IMG/VR virus record: IMGVR_UViG_3300029489_000008
Span: 1 to 39,099 of that record
Length of the DNA: 39,099 bases
From: a virus
Strand: one strand, 5' to 3'
A model generated the notes under the pieces. It had not been told where the DNA came from. It worked only from the letters and a program-made list of their open reading frames with translations, and did not search any database. Below are positions 30,912 to 38,578 of this stretch, one piece after another; the first letter of the stretch is position 1; every line of letters begins with the position of its first letter. A program made the translations under genes and the position numbers.

Positions 30912-31790
30912 TCACAACTGTATTGTCCACTCACCAACAGCTTTAACTACCAAAAGTGTTGGTGCCCCAGAAATCGAGACGGTTCCGTTGTAAACCTCGG
31001 TTGTATTAACCAGCAAATCGCCACCAACGCCATACGTCCACACCGCGAAGTGATGCTCGCCAGCATTGCCGGAGATATGTGCTGTTGTCCCATGACTTTT
31101 GATCAAGAGAACAGCGTCTCCATAACCGGAATAGTTGGTGTCTGCACTGATGCTGCCTGTATCGTAAATAGATCGCAGTTCGATTTTCCATGCTCCGCTG
31201 GCTTTTACCTCTATCGACGCTACATCGTAGCTCGGGTCTATTGTAAACCCGCTATACGATTCTGTGGTGTTGACCAGCAACTCTCCATATTCCCCCGCTG
31301 AATTGTATGTAGTCACTGAAAAGTGTTTCGCATCACTATTCCCTGTAATGTAAAATGCAAACGGATAATCAGGGGTAACGATGGATAGTACATCGTCTCC
31401 ATAACCTTCAAGGATTCGCGGCTTTGGTATATCTACTGGAATCTGCATATCATTTTGCACGGTCTGTGGCTGCTGCTGATATTCGCCCTGTATGGTCGGC
31501 GTAGTCATCGCTGTATCTGGCTCATTCGTTTTTGCGTTTAACCGTATTGTCCCAATTATACTGCCACCGATTGGAACTGCGGCAAGCACTGCCACAACCA
31601 AAAACAACGGTATTTGATACAGTTTTCGAGCCGACACGGCTTTGCAGTATTTGGCAGTCCGCACAACGCCAATCAGCGGAAGGACGATACCGAGCAGATA
31701 CACATGACACACAAGCATGAAAAGGCCCAAAATGATTAGTATTACATACAGATACACGTTTTTCCCATTGCTATTATCTTTTGCGCTCAT
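30912..31790 (-). CDS. Membrane protein: two N-terminal TM helices, a Gln-rich linker and two tandem beta-rich repeats of about 85 aa
   Basis: GGAGGAG RBS upstream. The repeats are GYGDDVLSIV...LLVNTTESYSG...VKASGAWKIEL and GYGDAVLLIK...LLVNTTEVYNG...VKAVGEWTIQL. Confidence 0.8.
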   Translation of the reverse strand: MSAKDNSNGKNVYLYVILIILGLFMLVCHVYLLGIVLPLIGVVRTAKYCKAVSARKLYQIPLFLVVAVLAAVPIGGSIIGTIRLNAKTNEPDTAMTTPTIQGEYQQQPQTVQNDMQIPVDIPKPRILEGYGDDVLSIVTPDYPFAFYITGNSDAKHFSVTTYNSAGEYGELLVNTTESYSGFTIDPSYDVASIEVKASGAWKIELRSIYDTGSISADTNYSGYGDAVLLIKSHGTTAHISGNAGEHHFAVWTYGVGGDLLVNTTEVYNGTVSISGAPTLLVVKAVGEWTIQL

Positions 31791-31960
31791 CCGTTTCTCC
31801 TCCAGTTGAAAACTATTGTGTGCAAAGTCTCAAACCTTGCGCTATAATAAATCCATCTCCGAGCAAAACAAATTACGAAAGGATGGCTGCACCATGGAAG
31901 AAGTCAGAGCCGAATTGAAAGAGATGATCTTGCAAATGGCCCCTGAACAGTTTGAATGGT

Positions 31961-32275
31961 TTACAGCGCAAGTGCAGCTTTTGCTATTTCGAAAAGACGA
32001 CTGACTTGTTCGTCAGGTAGGTTGTCGATCAAAGAATACATATTGTTCTTTGCCTCGCTGAGTTCTTTCAGCGAGGTGATTTTTTTTGAATCAGATAAGC
32101 CGAGCAAATAGTCAGCGGAGCATCCAAAGAATAGTGCAATTTTGCAAATTGTTTGGTCGTCCAGCCGTCGTGTCCCGGTTTCCCATTGTGACACAGTATT
32201 CTGCGCCGCACCGATTGCGTTGGCAAATTCCTTTTGCGACAACCCTGCCTCGGCGCGTAATTCTTTCAGTCTCAT
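31961..32275 (-). CDS. CI-like XRE-family repressor
   Basis: MRLKELRAEAGLSQKEFANAIGAAQNTVSQWETG. The track ORF extends to GTG 32284, so the start is uncertain. Confidence 0.8.
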   Translation of the reverse strand: MRLKELRAEAGLSQKEFANAIGAAQNTVSQWETGTRRLDDQTICKIALFFGCSADYLLGLSDSKKITSLKELSEAKNNMYSLIDNLPDEQVSRLFEIAKAALAL

Positions 32276-32292
32276 CGGCATCACCTGTTTGT

Positions 32293-32321
32293 ATTATCAC
32301 TCGCGGAGATAAAAATGTAAA
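32293..32321 (-). promoter_or_regulatory. Candidate repressor promoter (minus strand TTTACA-N17-GATAAT)
   Basis: The plus strand reads attatc at 32293..32298 and tgtaaa at 32316..32321. The predicted TSS falls next to the GTG/ATG cluster at 32275..32284. Confidence 0.35.
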
Positions 32322-32337
32322 ATATTTTTTTGAAAAA

Positions 32338-32352
32338 ATCTCAAAAAGAGAT
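32338..32352. promoter_or_regulatory. Operator palindrome ATCTCAAAAAGAGAT
   Basis: A 15-bp inverted repeat abutting the -35 of the rightward promoter. Confidence 0.55.
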
Positions 32353-32380
32353 TGACAAAATTTTAATGCTGTGCTAGTAT
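32352..32380 (+). promoter_or_regulatory. Early rightward promoter TTGACA-N17-TAGTAT with a TG extended -10
   Basis: ttgaca at 32352..32357 and tagtat at 32375..32380, preceded by tgc. Confidence 0.65.
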
Positions 32381-32393
32381 CTCAAATAGAGAT
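32379..32393. promoter_or_regulatory. Operator palindrome ATCTCAAATAGAGAT
   Basis: A second 15-bp inverted repeat, 41 bp from the first, covering the end of the -10 and the TSS region. Confidence 0.55.
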
Positions 32394-32405
32394 ATTCAGC
32401 AGGAG

Positions 32406-32618
32406 GTGAGCACAACGAAAGGCTTAAAATCTCGGAGAATTGCCCTTGGTTTATCGCAAGCAGAGCTTGCAGGCAAACTTGGCATCGTGCAGTCTGCAAT
32501 TTCAGCATGGGAGTCCGGCGAAAAGATGCCGCGCGCCTCGCAGCTCCCGGCGCTGGCCGAGGCGCTGAACTGCACCATCGACGATCTTTACAACGGCGGA
32601 AAGGAGGCGGGCGGATGA
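32406..32618 (+). CDS. Cro-like XRE-family HTH protein
   Basis: LKSRRIALGLSQAELAGKLGIVQSAISAWESGE. The GTG start follows AGGAGG directly, so the spacing is atypical. Confidence 0.7.
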   Translation: MSTTKGLKSRRIALGLSQAELAGKLGIVQSAISAWESGEKMPRASQLPALAEALNCTIDDLYNGGKEAGG

Positions 32619-32818
32619 CGGACGCAAGATTGCGGCGCAAGGTCATGAGCCTAGAGCGGCAGGTCGCCGAACTGACGGAGCGGCTGAACGCGCAGCGCGG
32701 GCCTTGCAGGGTGAACATCTCCGCCAGTTCGGTTGACCTCGACGAAATCATTCAGGTTGTTGCTCGAAATAATCGGCGAGCCACTGATGATAGGACGCCA
32801 GATACCCCAGCGCCATAA
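32615..32818 (+). CDS. Small coiled-coil hypothetical protein
   Basis: AAGGAGG RBS and ATGA overlap with cro. Its 3' end overlaps the convergent minus-strand ORF. Confidence 0.5.
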   Translation: MTDARLRRKVMSLERQVAELTERLNAQRGPCRVNISASSVDLDEIIQVVARNNRRATDDRTPDTPAP

Positions 32819-32987
32819 CATTTGCGGCATGGAGTGTGTCCTCCGCAATCGAGGACGCAAACGCCGAAACGTTCTCAGGTGACATTTGGTCGATCTGATA
32901 CAGATGCTTAATTGATGCAAGTTTTTTCAGGTCTGGTTCAGTTGCCCTGAGATGCGCTTGAAATTCTGCAAAGTCTGGAAAAGTCAT
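32748..32987 (-). CDS. Hypothetical protein (79 aa) on the minus strand within the early region
   Basis: On the minus strand AGGAGG lies 8 nt upstream of the ATG (caggaggtgaaaaacaATG). Confidence 0.6.
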   Translation of the reverse strand: MTFPDFAEFQAHLRATEPDLKKLASIKHLYQIDQMSPENVSAFASSIAEDTLHAANVMALGYLASYHQWLADYFEQQPE

Positions 32988-33051
32988 TGTTTTTCACCTC
33001 CTGCACCTAACGGTAACACGAGTGGTGGAAAACATCAAGAAGGAGAAGAAC

Positions 33052-33171
33052 ATGAACGAGCGAGAGAAAGAGGAACGTCAATACCATGTCGGCGTGGCGA
33101 TCAAGCTGGTTTTGCTGGCGCTTGCGCTGCTTGGGTGGATCATTGAGCTGAAAAAGCTCGGCGCATTTTGA
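33052..33171 (+). CDS. Small single-TM ORF (39 aa), absent from the ORF track
   Basis: AAGGAGAAG RBS upstream. MNEREKEERQYHVGVAIKLVLLALALLGWIIELKKLGAF. Confidence 0.45.
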   Translation: MNEREKEERQYHVGVAIKLVLLALALLGWIIELKKLGAF

Positions 33172-33187
33172 GAAAGGAGCGAACGAT

Positions 33188-33388
33188 ATGTCATTGGAAG
33201 ACCTGAAGCAAATGAATTGCATGACGATCACCCCGGCCATTGCGGCGACCTGCCTCGGCTGCGATCCGCAGTGGATCAGACTGGCGGCGCGCCAGCGGCC
33301 GGAGCTGCTCGGCTTCCCGGTCTGCTGTGTCGGGAGCCGCGTGAAGATTCCGCGCCTGCCGTTCATCCGGTTTTTGGAGGGCACATGA
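33188..33388 (+). CDS. Excisionase-type / MerR-like small DNA-binding protein
   Basis: AAAGGAG RBS upstream. MTITPAIAATCLGCDPQWIR...GSRVKIPRLPFIRFLEG. Confidence 0.55.
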   Translation: MSLEDLKQMNCMTITPAIAATCLGCDPQWIRLAARQRPELLGFPVCCVGSRVKIPRLPFIRFLEGT

Positions 33389-33430
33389 TCTCCACCACTG
33401 ATATTATCCCACCAAAGGAGTGAGAAATCC

Positions 33431-33877
33431 ATGCAGGAAGCATACATCAATATCTGCGCGGGGTGTCGAAAAAAGGCACATAAGACGCAGGAGCAGTGGG
33501 CAGAAGTGCTGCGCGTGTCGGTCGAGACGGTCAAGGCCTGGGAAGGTAATCACCGTATCCCGGACAACTATCATGTCTGCCTGATGGTCAATGCCTGCGG
33601 CGATACCTGGTTCGCGTACAAGCACCTTTTGCAGACCTCGGACAGCCTGAACGTGCTGCCGGACATGAAGCGTCAGCCGCTTCCGCTGGCCGTGATCCAG
33701 CTGGTCAACCGCATCATCGGCTTTGCCGACCGGAACCGCGACAAGGAGCTGCTGCGCATCGCCGAGGACGGCGTGATCGACACCGCCGAGCGGCCGGCCT
33801 ATGACCAGATCGTGAACGAGCTGAACGACATCATCGCGGCGGCCTACACGCTGCGCTATGCGGAGGATTCGGAATGA
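33431..33877 (+). CDS. HTH-containing early regulator
   Basis: KAHKTQEQWAEVLRVSVETVKAWEGNHRIP is an XRE-like HTH. Confidence 0.6.
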   Translation: MQEAYINICAGCRKKAHKTQEQWAEVLRVSVETVKAWEGNHRIPDNYHVCLMVNACGDTWFAYKHLLQTSDSLNVLPDMKRQPLPLAVIQLVNRIIGFADRNRDKELLRIAEDGVIDTAERPAYDQIVNELNDIIAAAYTLRYAEDSE

Positions 33878-33977
33878 AAAGGGCAGAAAAAAAGAGCCGC
33901 CCGGCTGCTGCGAACAACCGAGCGACTGCGTATCCCGTGAACGAGACACTTGAAAGCATCTTCAGTATATCATCAGA

Positions 33978-34781
33978 ATGTTTGTTTTGCAAGGGGGTGA
34001 ATCGATTTTGAGCAAAGATTTTCGCGCCTTCTGGTCGGTCATCCCGGCCACGGTGCTGGATGATATGTCCATCCCGGCCAATGCGAAGATCCTCTATGGG
34101 GTACTGTCGTCGCTGATGCGGCGCGAGGGTTATTGCTGGCCGAGCAATGCGCAGCTTGCCGAGGCGATGCACTGCTCCGAGGACGTGGTCAAACGATGGG
34201 TGTCGGCGCTGGCCGAGGCCGGACACATCCGCGTCCGCATCGAGCCGAACCGCAAGGTCGGCGGAAAGATCCGCTACATCTCGCCAGTGCTGGCAGAGCC
34301 GTCCATCACGCCCTCGCAGGATGGGTACGGGGACGAATGTCCCGGTACGTACGGGGATAAACTTCCCCGGGTAGGGGGACAAACTTCCCCGTCTATATAT
34401 AAGGATGGATATAAAAAAGAGAATAAAAAGAAAAAGGAAAAAGAAAAGCCGCAATCGGCTGACGCCGTTGCGTCCGCGCTTCTGTACAAATGCGAGCTGA
34501 ACGGTCAGCCGCTGGTGGATGCCATGCAGCGGTTTTTGCAGATGCGCGTTGAGATCAAAAAGCCAGTCAAGTCCATGCAGGCTGCTGCCATGCTTTGGAA
34601 CAAGCTCGTCAAGCTGTCAGCCGGAGACCCGGACTACATGGTTGCCCTGCTGGATAAGGCGACCGAGCGGCAATGGCTGAGTCTGTTCCCGCTGAAGGAT
34701 GACGAGCTGCCGCAGAGCAGACAGGCCGCACCAGCCGACAATGCCGGGCGTGTGGATCTCAGCGGCGTGGAGTTCGTGTGA
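33978..34781 (+). CDS. Replication organiser (winged-helix/HTH N-terminus, DnaD-like role)
   Basis: AKILYGVLSSLMRREGYCWPSNAQLAEAMHCSEDVVKRWVSALAEAGHI. It lies immediately upstream of DnaB and overlaps it. An alternative start is TTG 34008. Confidence 0.7.
   Translation: MFVLQGGESILSKDFRAFWSVIPATVLDDMSIPANAKILYGVLSSLMRREGYCWPSNAQLAEAMHCSEDVVKRWVSALAEAGHIRVRIEPNRKVGGKIRYISPVLAEPSITPSQDGYGDECPGTYGDKLPRVGGQTSPSIYKDGYKKENKKKKEKEKPQSADAVASALLYKCELNGQPLVDAMQRFLQMRVEIKKPVKSMQAAAMLWNKLVKLSAGDPDYMVALLDKATERQWLSLFPLKDDELPQSRQAAPADNAGRVDLSGVEFV
34329..34448. promoter_or_regulatory. Candidate origin of replication inside the organiser gene: three GGGGA-N6-TCCCC-type palindromes plus an A-rich tract
   Basis: gggacgaatgtccc at 34330..34343, ggggataaacttcccc at 34353..34368 and ggggacaaacttcccc at 34375..34390 (22-bp spacing). 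These are followed by tatatataaggatggatataaaaaagagaataaaaagaaaaaggaaaaagaaaag. Confidence 0.5.
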
Positions 34782-36148
34782 TGGCCAGCAAACAAGATGC
34801 GCTGATCAGCGCACAGACCTCCGTCCTCGGCTCGATGATCATCGATTCGCGCTGCGTCCCCGTCGTGATGGAGACGATCAAAGAGGACTATTTCACGGTC
34901 GGCCAGTATCGGACGATCTTCAATGCGATCCGTGCGCTGGCTGGCGAGGGACGTCCGATCGATGCCGTGACGGTGCTCGACCGGGCCGGAAAAGCCTACA
35001 CCGACCTGATCGGCCAGATCATCACGGTCACGCCGACCGCCGCCAATGTCCGCGAGTATTGCCGTATTCTGCGGAGCGAGGCCCGCTTGCAGCTGCTCAA
35101 GGACGCAGCCGGAGCAATGCTCGACGCGGAGGACGAAGACGAGATCCGCACGGCGCTGGATCAGGTCAACCGCATCATGGTCGACAAGCCTGGCATCCGA
35201 GCCATGAATATGGCGCAGGCGCTGGAAGATTTCTACCGGCGCCACGATCCATCCGTCAAGCCGGACTTTCTCCCGTGGAAGTTTGCCAAGCTCAACAAAT
35301 ACCTCCGGACGGAGCCGGGAGACCTCATCTACATCGGCGGCTATCCATCGGACGGCAAGACCACGCTTGCACTGCACACGGCCAGAGAGCAGGCAAAAAC
35401 CAAAAAGGTCGGGTTCTTCAGCTATGAAACAAACTGTGGGAAGCTGGCAGACGCGATGGTCTGCGCCGCCGCTCAGATCGGCCTGCCAACCATCCAACTC
35501 AACAAACTCGGCGAAAACGAGTGGGACGAACTGGCCTACATTTCCACAGATTTCACGGGGCGCAACCTCGACATCATTGAGGCTGCCGGCATGACGGTCA
35601 CGGACATCCGCCTCTACACGATGGCGCACCACTACGACGTGATCTACATCGACTATGTCCAGCTCATCCCGGCCAGCGGAAAAAGCCGCTGGGAACAGGA
35701 GGATTTCCAGCGGGTCAGCGCGAACAGCCGCGCGCTCAAGCTCTTCGGCCTCCAGTGCGGTGTGACGATCGTGGCCCTCAGCCAGATGACGAGGCCGCAG
35801 CGCAACAAGGACGGCATGATCCCGCCGCCGACAATGTCCAGCCTCCGCAGCACCGGCCAGATTGAGCAGGATGCGGACGCCGTTCTGCTGATGTTCCGCG
35901 AGGATCAAAAGGCAAAGGACGCCGACCGCATCATCACCTTCGGCAAGATCAAGACCGGCGCGGCCGGCGGCTCTTTCAAGCTCCACTTTGACGGTGAGAT
36001 GCAGACGTTCAGCGACAAGCCGAACGAGCGCAAGCAGCGCCGCGAGGAAGTGCAGCAACAGACGAAAATGCAGGAATTCCGGGAACTTCCAAAAAGCGAA
36101 CCACTCCCGGATGATTTCCCGTTTGAACGAAAGGAAGATAACACATGA
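34778..36148 (+). CDS. dnaB: Replicative DNA helicase (DnaB family)
   Basis: The N-terminal domain reads SAQTSVLGSMIID...YRTIFNAIRAL. The Walker A motif is GGYPSDGKTTLAL. Confidence 0.9.
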   Translation: MMASKQDALISAQTSVLGSMIIDSRCVPVVMETIKEDYFTVGQYRTIFNAIRALAGEGRPIDAVTVLDRAGKAYTDLIGQIITVTPTAANVREYCRILRSEARLQLLKDAAGAMLDAEDEDEIRTALDQVNRIMVDKPGIRAMNMAQALEDFYRRHDPSVKPDFLPWKFAKLNKYLRTEPGDLIYIGGYPSDGKTTLALHTAREQAKTKKVGFFSYETNCGKLADAMVCAAAQIGLPTIQLNKLGENEWDELAYISTDFTGRNLDIIEAAGMTVTDIRLYTMAHHYDVIYIDYVQLIPASGKSRWEQEDFQRVSANSRALKLFGLQCGVTIVALSQMTRPQRNKDGMIPPPTMSSLRSTGQIEQDADAVLLMFREDQKAKDADRIITFGKIKTGAAGGSFKLHFDGEMQTFSDKPNERKQRREEVQQQTKMQEFRELPKSEPLPDDFPFERKEDNT

Positions 36149-36960
36149 AAGCAATCGCAATTCTAAATTTGAAAGGCGGTGTCGGAAAGACCGTCACTGC
36201 CGTCAACATGGCCCACATCCTGGCCGCCGATCACAAACAGCGTGTGCTCCTGGTTGACTGCGACAGCCAGTGCAACGCGACGGAGTTCTTCGGTGTGCGG
36301 CCCGGCATGGGAACGGTCACGCTGGCCGACATTCTGCGCGGTGACTTCGAGCCGTACGTCTCGGAGCTGGTCGCCGGCACGGATTATCCCGGCGTCGACG
36401 TGATCCCCGGCTCCGATGAGCTGATGGACATGGATATGTCCCAAATCACCAGCCAACACGTCAACGGCCGTGTCCTTGCGGATCTATGCTGCACGATCGG
36501 TGAGGATGACGAGTACGACTACGTCCTGTTCGACTGCCCGCCGGCCTTTAATGCAGCGAGCGCCGCGGCGCTGCTGGCTGCGGATGAGGTCATCATCCCG
36601 ATCAAGCTCGACGCCTTTTCCATCCGAGGGCTGGCCAATGTCAGCCGCCAGATCGACAATATGCAGCGCATCAACCCAAAGATCCGCGTTGCCGGGGCGC
36701 TCATCACGATGTGGCGCAATGTGCCGGTCGTGCTGGAGGCCGAGGGCAGTCTCCGCGACTGCGGCCTGCTGCCGGTATTCCAGACGGTCATTCGCCGCAC
36801 CGACAAGGTCGACGAAATGACCTTCGAGCGCAAGCCCATCGCCATCTATTCCCCGCGCAGCGCCGCCGGCTATGATTACCGCAGCTTTGTGCAGGAGTAT
36901 TTGGAGCCGCCCGTCACAATGGACGATATGCTGAGAGGAGGCGTTGACCGTGCCGTTTGA
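36145..36960 (+). CDS. parA: ParA-family partition ATPase
   Basis: MKAIAILNLKGGVGKTVTAVNMAHILA...VLLVDCDSQCNAT is a deviant Walker A. ATGA overlap with dnaB. Confidence 0.9.
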   Translation: MKAIAILNLKGGVGKTVTAVNMAHILAADHKQRVLLVDCDSQCNATEFFGVRPGMGTVTLADILRGDFEPYVSELVAGTDYPGVDVIPGSDELMDMDMSQITSQHVNGRVLADLCCTIGEDDEYDYVLFDCPPAFNAASAAALLAADEVIIPIKLDAFSIRGLANVSRQIDNMQRINPKIRVAGALITMWRNVPVVLEAEGSLRDCGLLPVFQTVIRRTDKVDEMTFERKPIAIYSPRSAAGYDYRSFVQEYLEPPVTMDDMLRGGVDRAV

Positions 36961-38032
36961 TGTAAGCCGCATTTTGCAGGACGCCGCACCTGCACCGAAA
37001 GATATGACGCTGCCGGAAACCGGGCCGCGGACGGCGAAGACGATCGGCAGCGAGATCCGCTATCTGTCCCATCAGGCCAAGTGCATGACGGTCTGGTTCG
37101 GCGTGGAGATCGGCAAGCGGCTGGCCGAGGCAAAGGCTATGGTTGGCCACGGCGGATGGCTCGATTTTCTGAAAAACGAAACGGAGTTTTCAAAATCTTC
37201 CGCTGCGAGATTTATGCAGATTGCCAAGGAATACGGCAACAATTCAAATTTCCCAACGTTGGGAAATTTGAGCGTATCGAACGCTTTACAGCTGCTCGCG
37301 GTGCCCGCCGAAGAGCGCGAAGAGTTCGCCGAGGCGGTCGATGCGGAGAATCTTTCCGCCCGCGAGTTGGAACAGGCCATTCGGGAGCGCGACGAGGCGC
37401 GGAAGCAGCTGGAGGCCGAGCGCGCGGCCAGCGAGGGCGCGGCGCTGAAGCTGGCCGACATCACCTCCGCCCTCGATGCGGAGAAGGAAAAGACGGCAGC
37501 ACTTCGGGAGCGCACCGACGCGCAGGCCGCGAAGATCACGGAACTGGAAAACCGACCGGTAGAGGTCGCCGTGCAGGCGGCAGACCCGGCGGAGATCGAA
37601 AAGGCTGTTGCGGATGCGCTGGCCGAGGCGGAGAAAAAGCACAAGGCCGACGTCGCTGCGCTGGAAAAGCGCCGCAGGGAGGCCGAGAAGAAGCAGTCAG
37701 AGCTTCAGGCCGAGGCTGCAAAGGCTATGGATGATCTGAAAAACAGCACGGGCCGCGCCGATGAGCTGAAGCACCGCGTCGAGACGCTTCAGTCCGAACT
37801 TGAAGCCGCAAAGGCAAACGCCGAGAAGCTTCAGAAGGCAGGGGCGATCCAGTCGGACGCGGACATTGCCGTCTTTCAGAGCTTCTTTCAGGCGGTGCAG
37901 GAAAACTTCAACCGTGCCTGCGGCCTGATGCAGAAGGTCAAGACTCGCGACGCGGAGAAGGCCGCGAAGCTGGCCCGGTTCAGCCGGGACGCGCTGGCCA
38001 AGATGGCGGCGCTGGTCGAAAAGGAGGCATGA
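36950..38032 (+). CDS. DUF3102-domain protein with a long coiled coil (ParB-position partner of ParA)
   Basis: IGSEIRYLSHQAKCMTVWFGVEIGKRLAEAKAMVGHGGWLDFLKNETEFSKSSAARFMQIAKEYG. GTG 36950 lies 8 nt after GAGAGGAGG. Confidence 0.75.
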   Translation: MPFDVSRILQDAAPAPKDMTLPETGPRTAKTIGSEIRYLSHQAKCMTVWFGVEIGKRLAEAKAMVGHGGWLDFLKNETEFSKSSAARFMQIAKEYGNNSNFPTLGNLSVSNALQLLAVPAEEREEFAEAVDAENLSARELEQAIRERDEARKQLEAERAASEGAALKLADITSALDAEKEKTAALRERTDAQAAKITELENRPVEVAVQAADPAEIEKAVADALAEAEKKHKADVAALEKRRREAEKKQSELQAEAAKAMDDLKNSTGRADELKHRVETLQSELEAAKANAEKLQKAGAIQSDADIAVFQSFFQAVQENFNRACGLMQKVKTRDAEKAAKLARFSRDALAKMAALVEKEA

Positions 38033-38205
38033 TGGCAAAAAAGAAGCGGCAGACACTCCCGCCGCCATCTCCTGGGACGGAATGTTATAACCTTCTGTGC
38101 CCGTATCGGCACAACAGCACACAGGCGGTTTACAGCTGCGCGATGGTTCGCCTCTGCGCGGCCCGGAAACTGGAAAGGAGCAGAAAACATGAACCTGACA
38201 CCTGA
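38029..38205 (+). CDS. Small basic Cys-containing ORF (58 aa), absent from the ORF track
   Basis: AAGGAGG RBS and ATGATG at the upstream stop codon. Its end overlaps the next gene. Confidence 0.4.
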   Translation: MMAKKKRQTLPPPSPGTECYNLLCPYRHNSTQAVYSCAMVRLCAARKLERSRKHEPDT

Positions 38206-38578
38206 CAAACTTATCAAGTCACTACGAAGCTGTTCGGATTTGCCAACTGGCAATAGCGGATGTGCCTGGTGCATGTTTGCATCTCTGTACGAACCAGCAT
38301 GTACCGATCTTCTTCTGCGTCACGCCGCCGACCAGAAGGAGATTGCCGAGCTGCGGGAGAAATTACCGAAGTGGATCAGTGTGAAGGAAAGACTGCCAAT
38401 AGACCGTCTCAAAAAATATCTCGTTGCTTTTCGGGATGTGGGCGGCTCGATTGTAGATATGGCCAGATACTTCCCGAGCGACGGATGGACGTGCGATAAC
38501 TGGGACGTACCGCAGAACTTGATTACCCACTGGATGCCGCTTCCGGAACCGCCGAAGGAGGACAATCATGATGCCTGA
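38189..38578 (+). CDS. DUF551-domain protein
   Basis: KWISVKERLP...ITHWMPLPEPP is the characteristic DUF551 C-terminus. Confidence 0.75.
   Translation: MNLTPDKLIKSLRSCSDLPTGNSGCAWCMFASLYEPACTDLLLRHAADQKEIAELREKLPKWISVKERLPIDRLKKYLVAFRDVGGSIVDMARYFPSDGWTCDNWDVPQNLITHWMPLPEPPKEDNHDA

Noticed and set aside
30826-30913. The hairpins gcaagc...gcttgc and gatgggat...atcccatc after the surface-protein gene, considered as terminators.
   Set aside because: The stems are short or the loops long, and no U-tract follows on the minus strand. Read-through into the XRE-TM/int genes seems more likely.
31816-32004. The plus-strand 62-aa ORF between the surface protein and the CI gene, with an internal ATG at 31894 after AAAGGA.
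   Set aside because: It overlaps the 3' end of the well-supported CI-like gene on the opposite strand. It has only a weak RBS with long spacing, and no recognisable family. It is kept as a possibility only.
34634-36160. A very long antisense ORF (508 aa) opposite dnaB. Similar ones lie opposite other genes, e.g. 9520..10578, 24674..25528, 27306..28097, 14949..15878 and 18213..19061.
   Set aside because: They lie antisense to genes with clear family motifs and operon-style start/stop coupling. Their translations are Arg/Ala/Gly/Pro-rich low-complexity sequence, typical of stop-poor frames in high-GC DNA, and they have no RBS.
37081-37734. Same-strand alternative-frame ORFs rich in Arg and Gly, e.g. 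37081..37734, 5142..5573, 5351..5647 and 8456..8968.
   Set aside because: They are out-of-frame shadows of well-supported genes (DUF3102, HNH/terminase, portal). Their composition is a GC-frame artefact, and no independent initiation signals are present.
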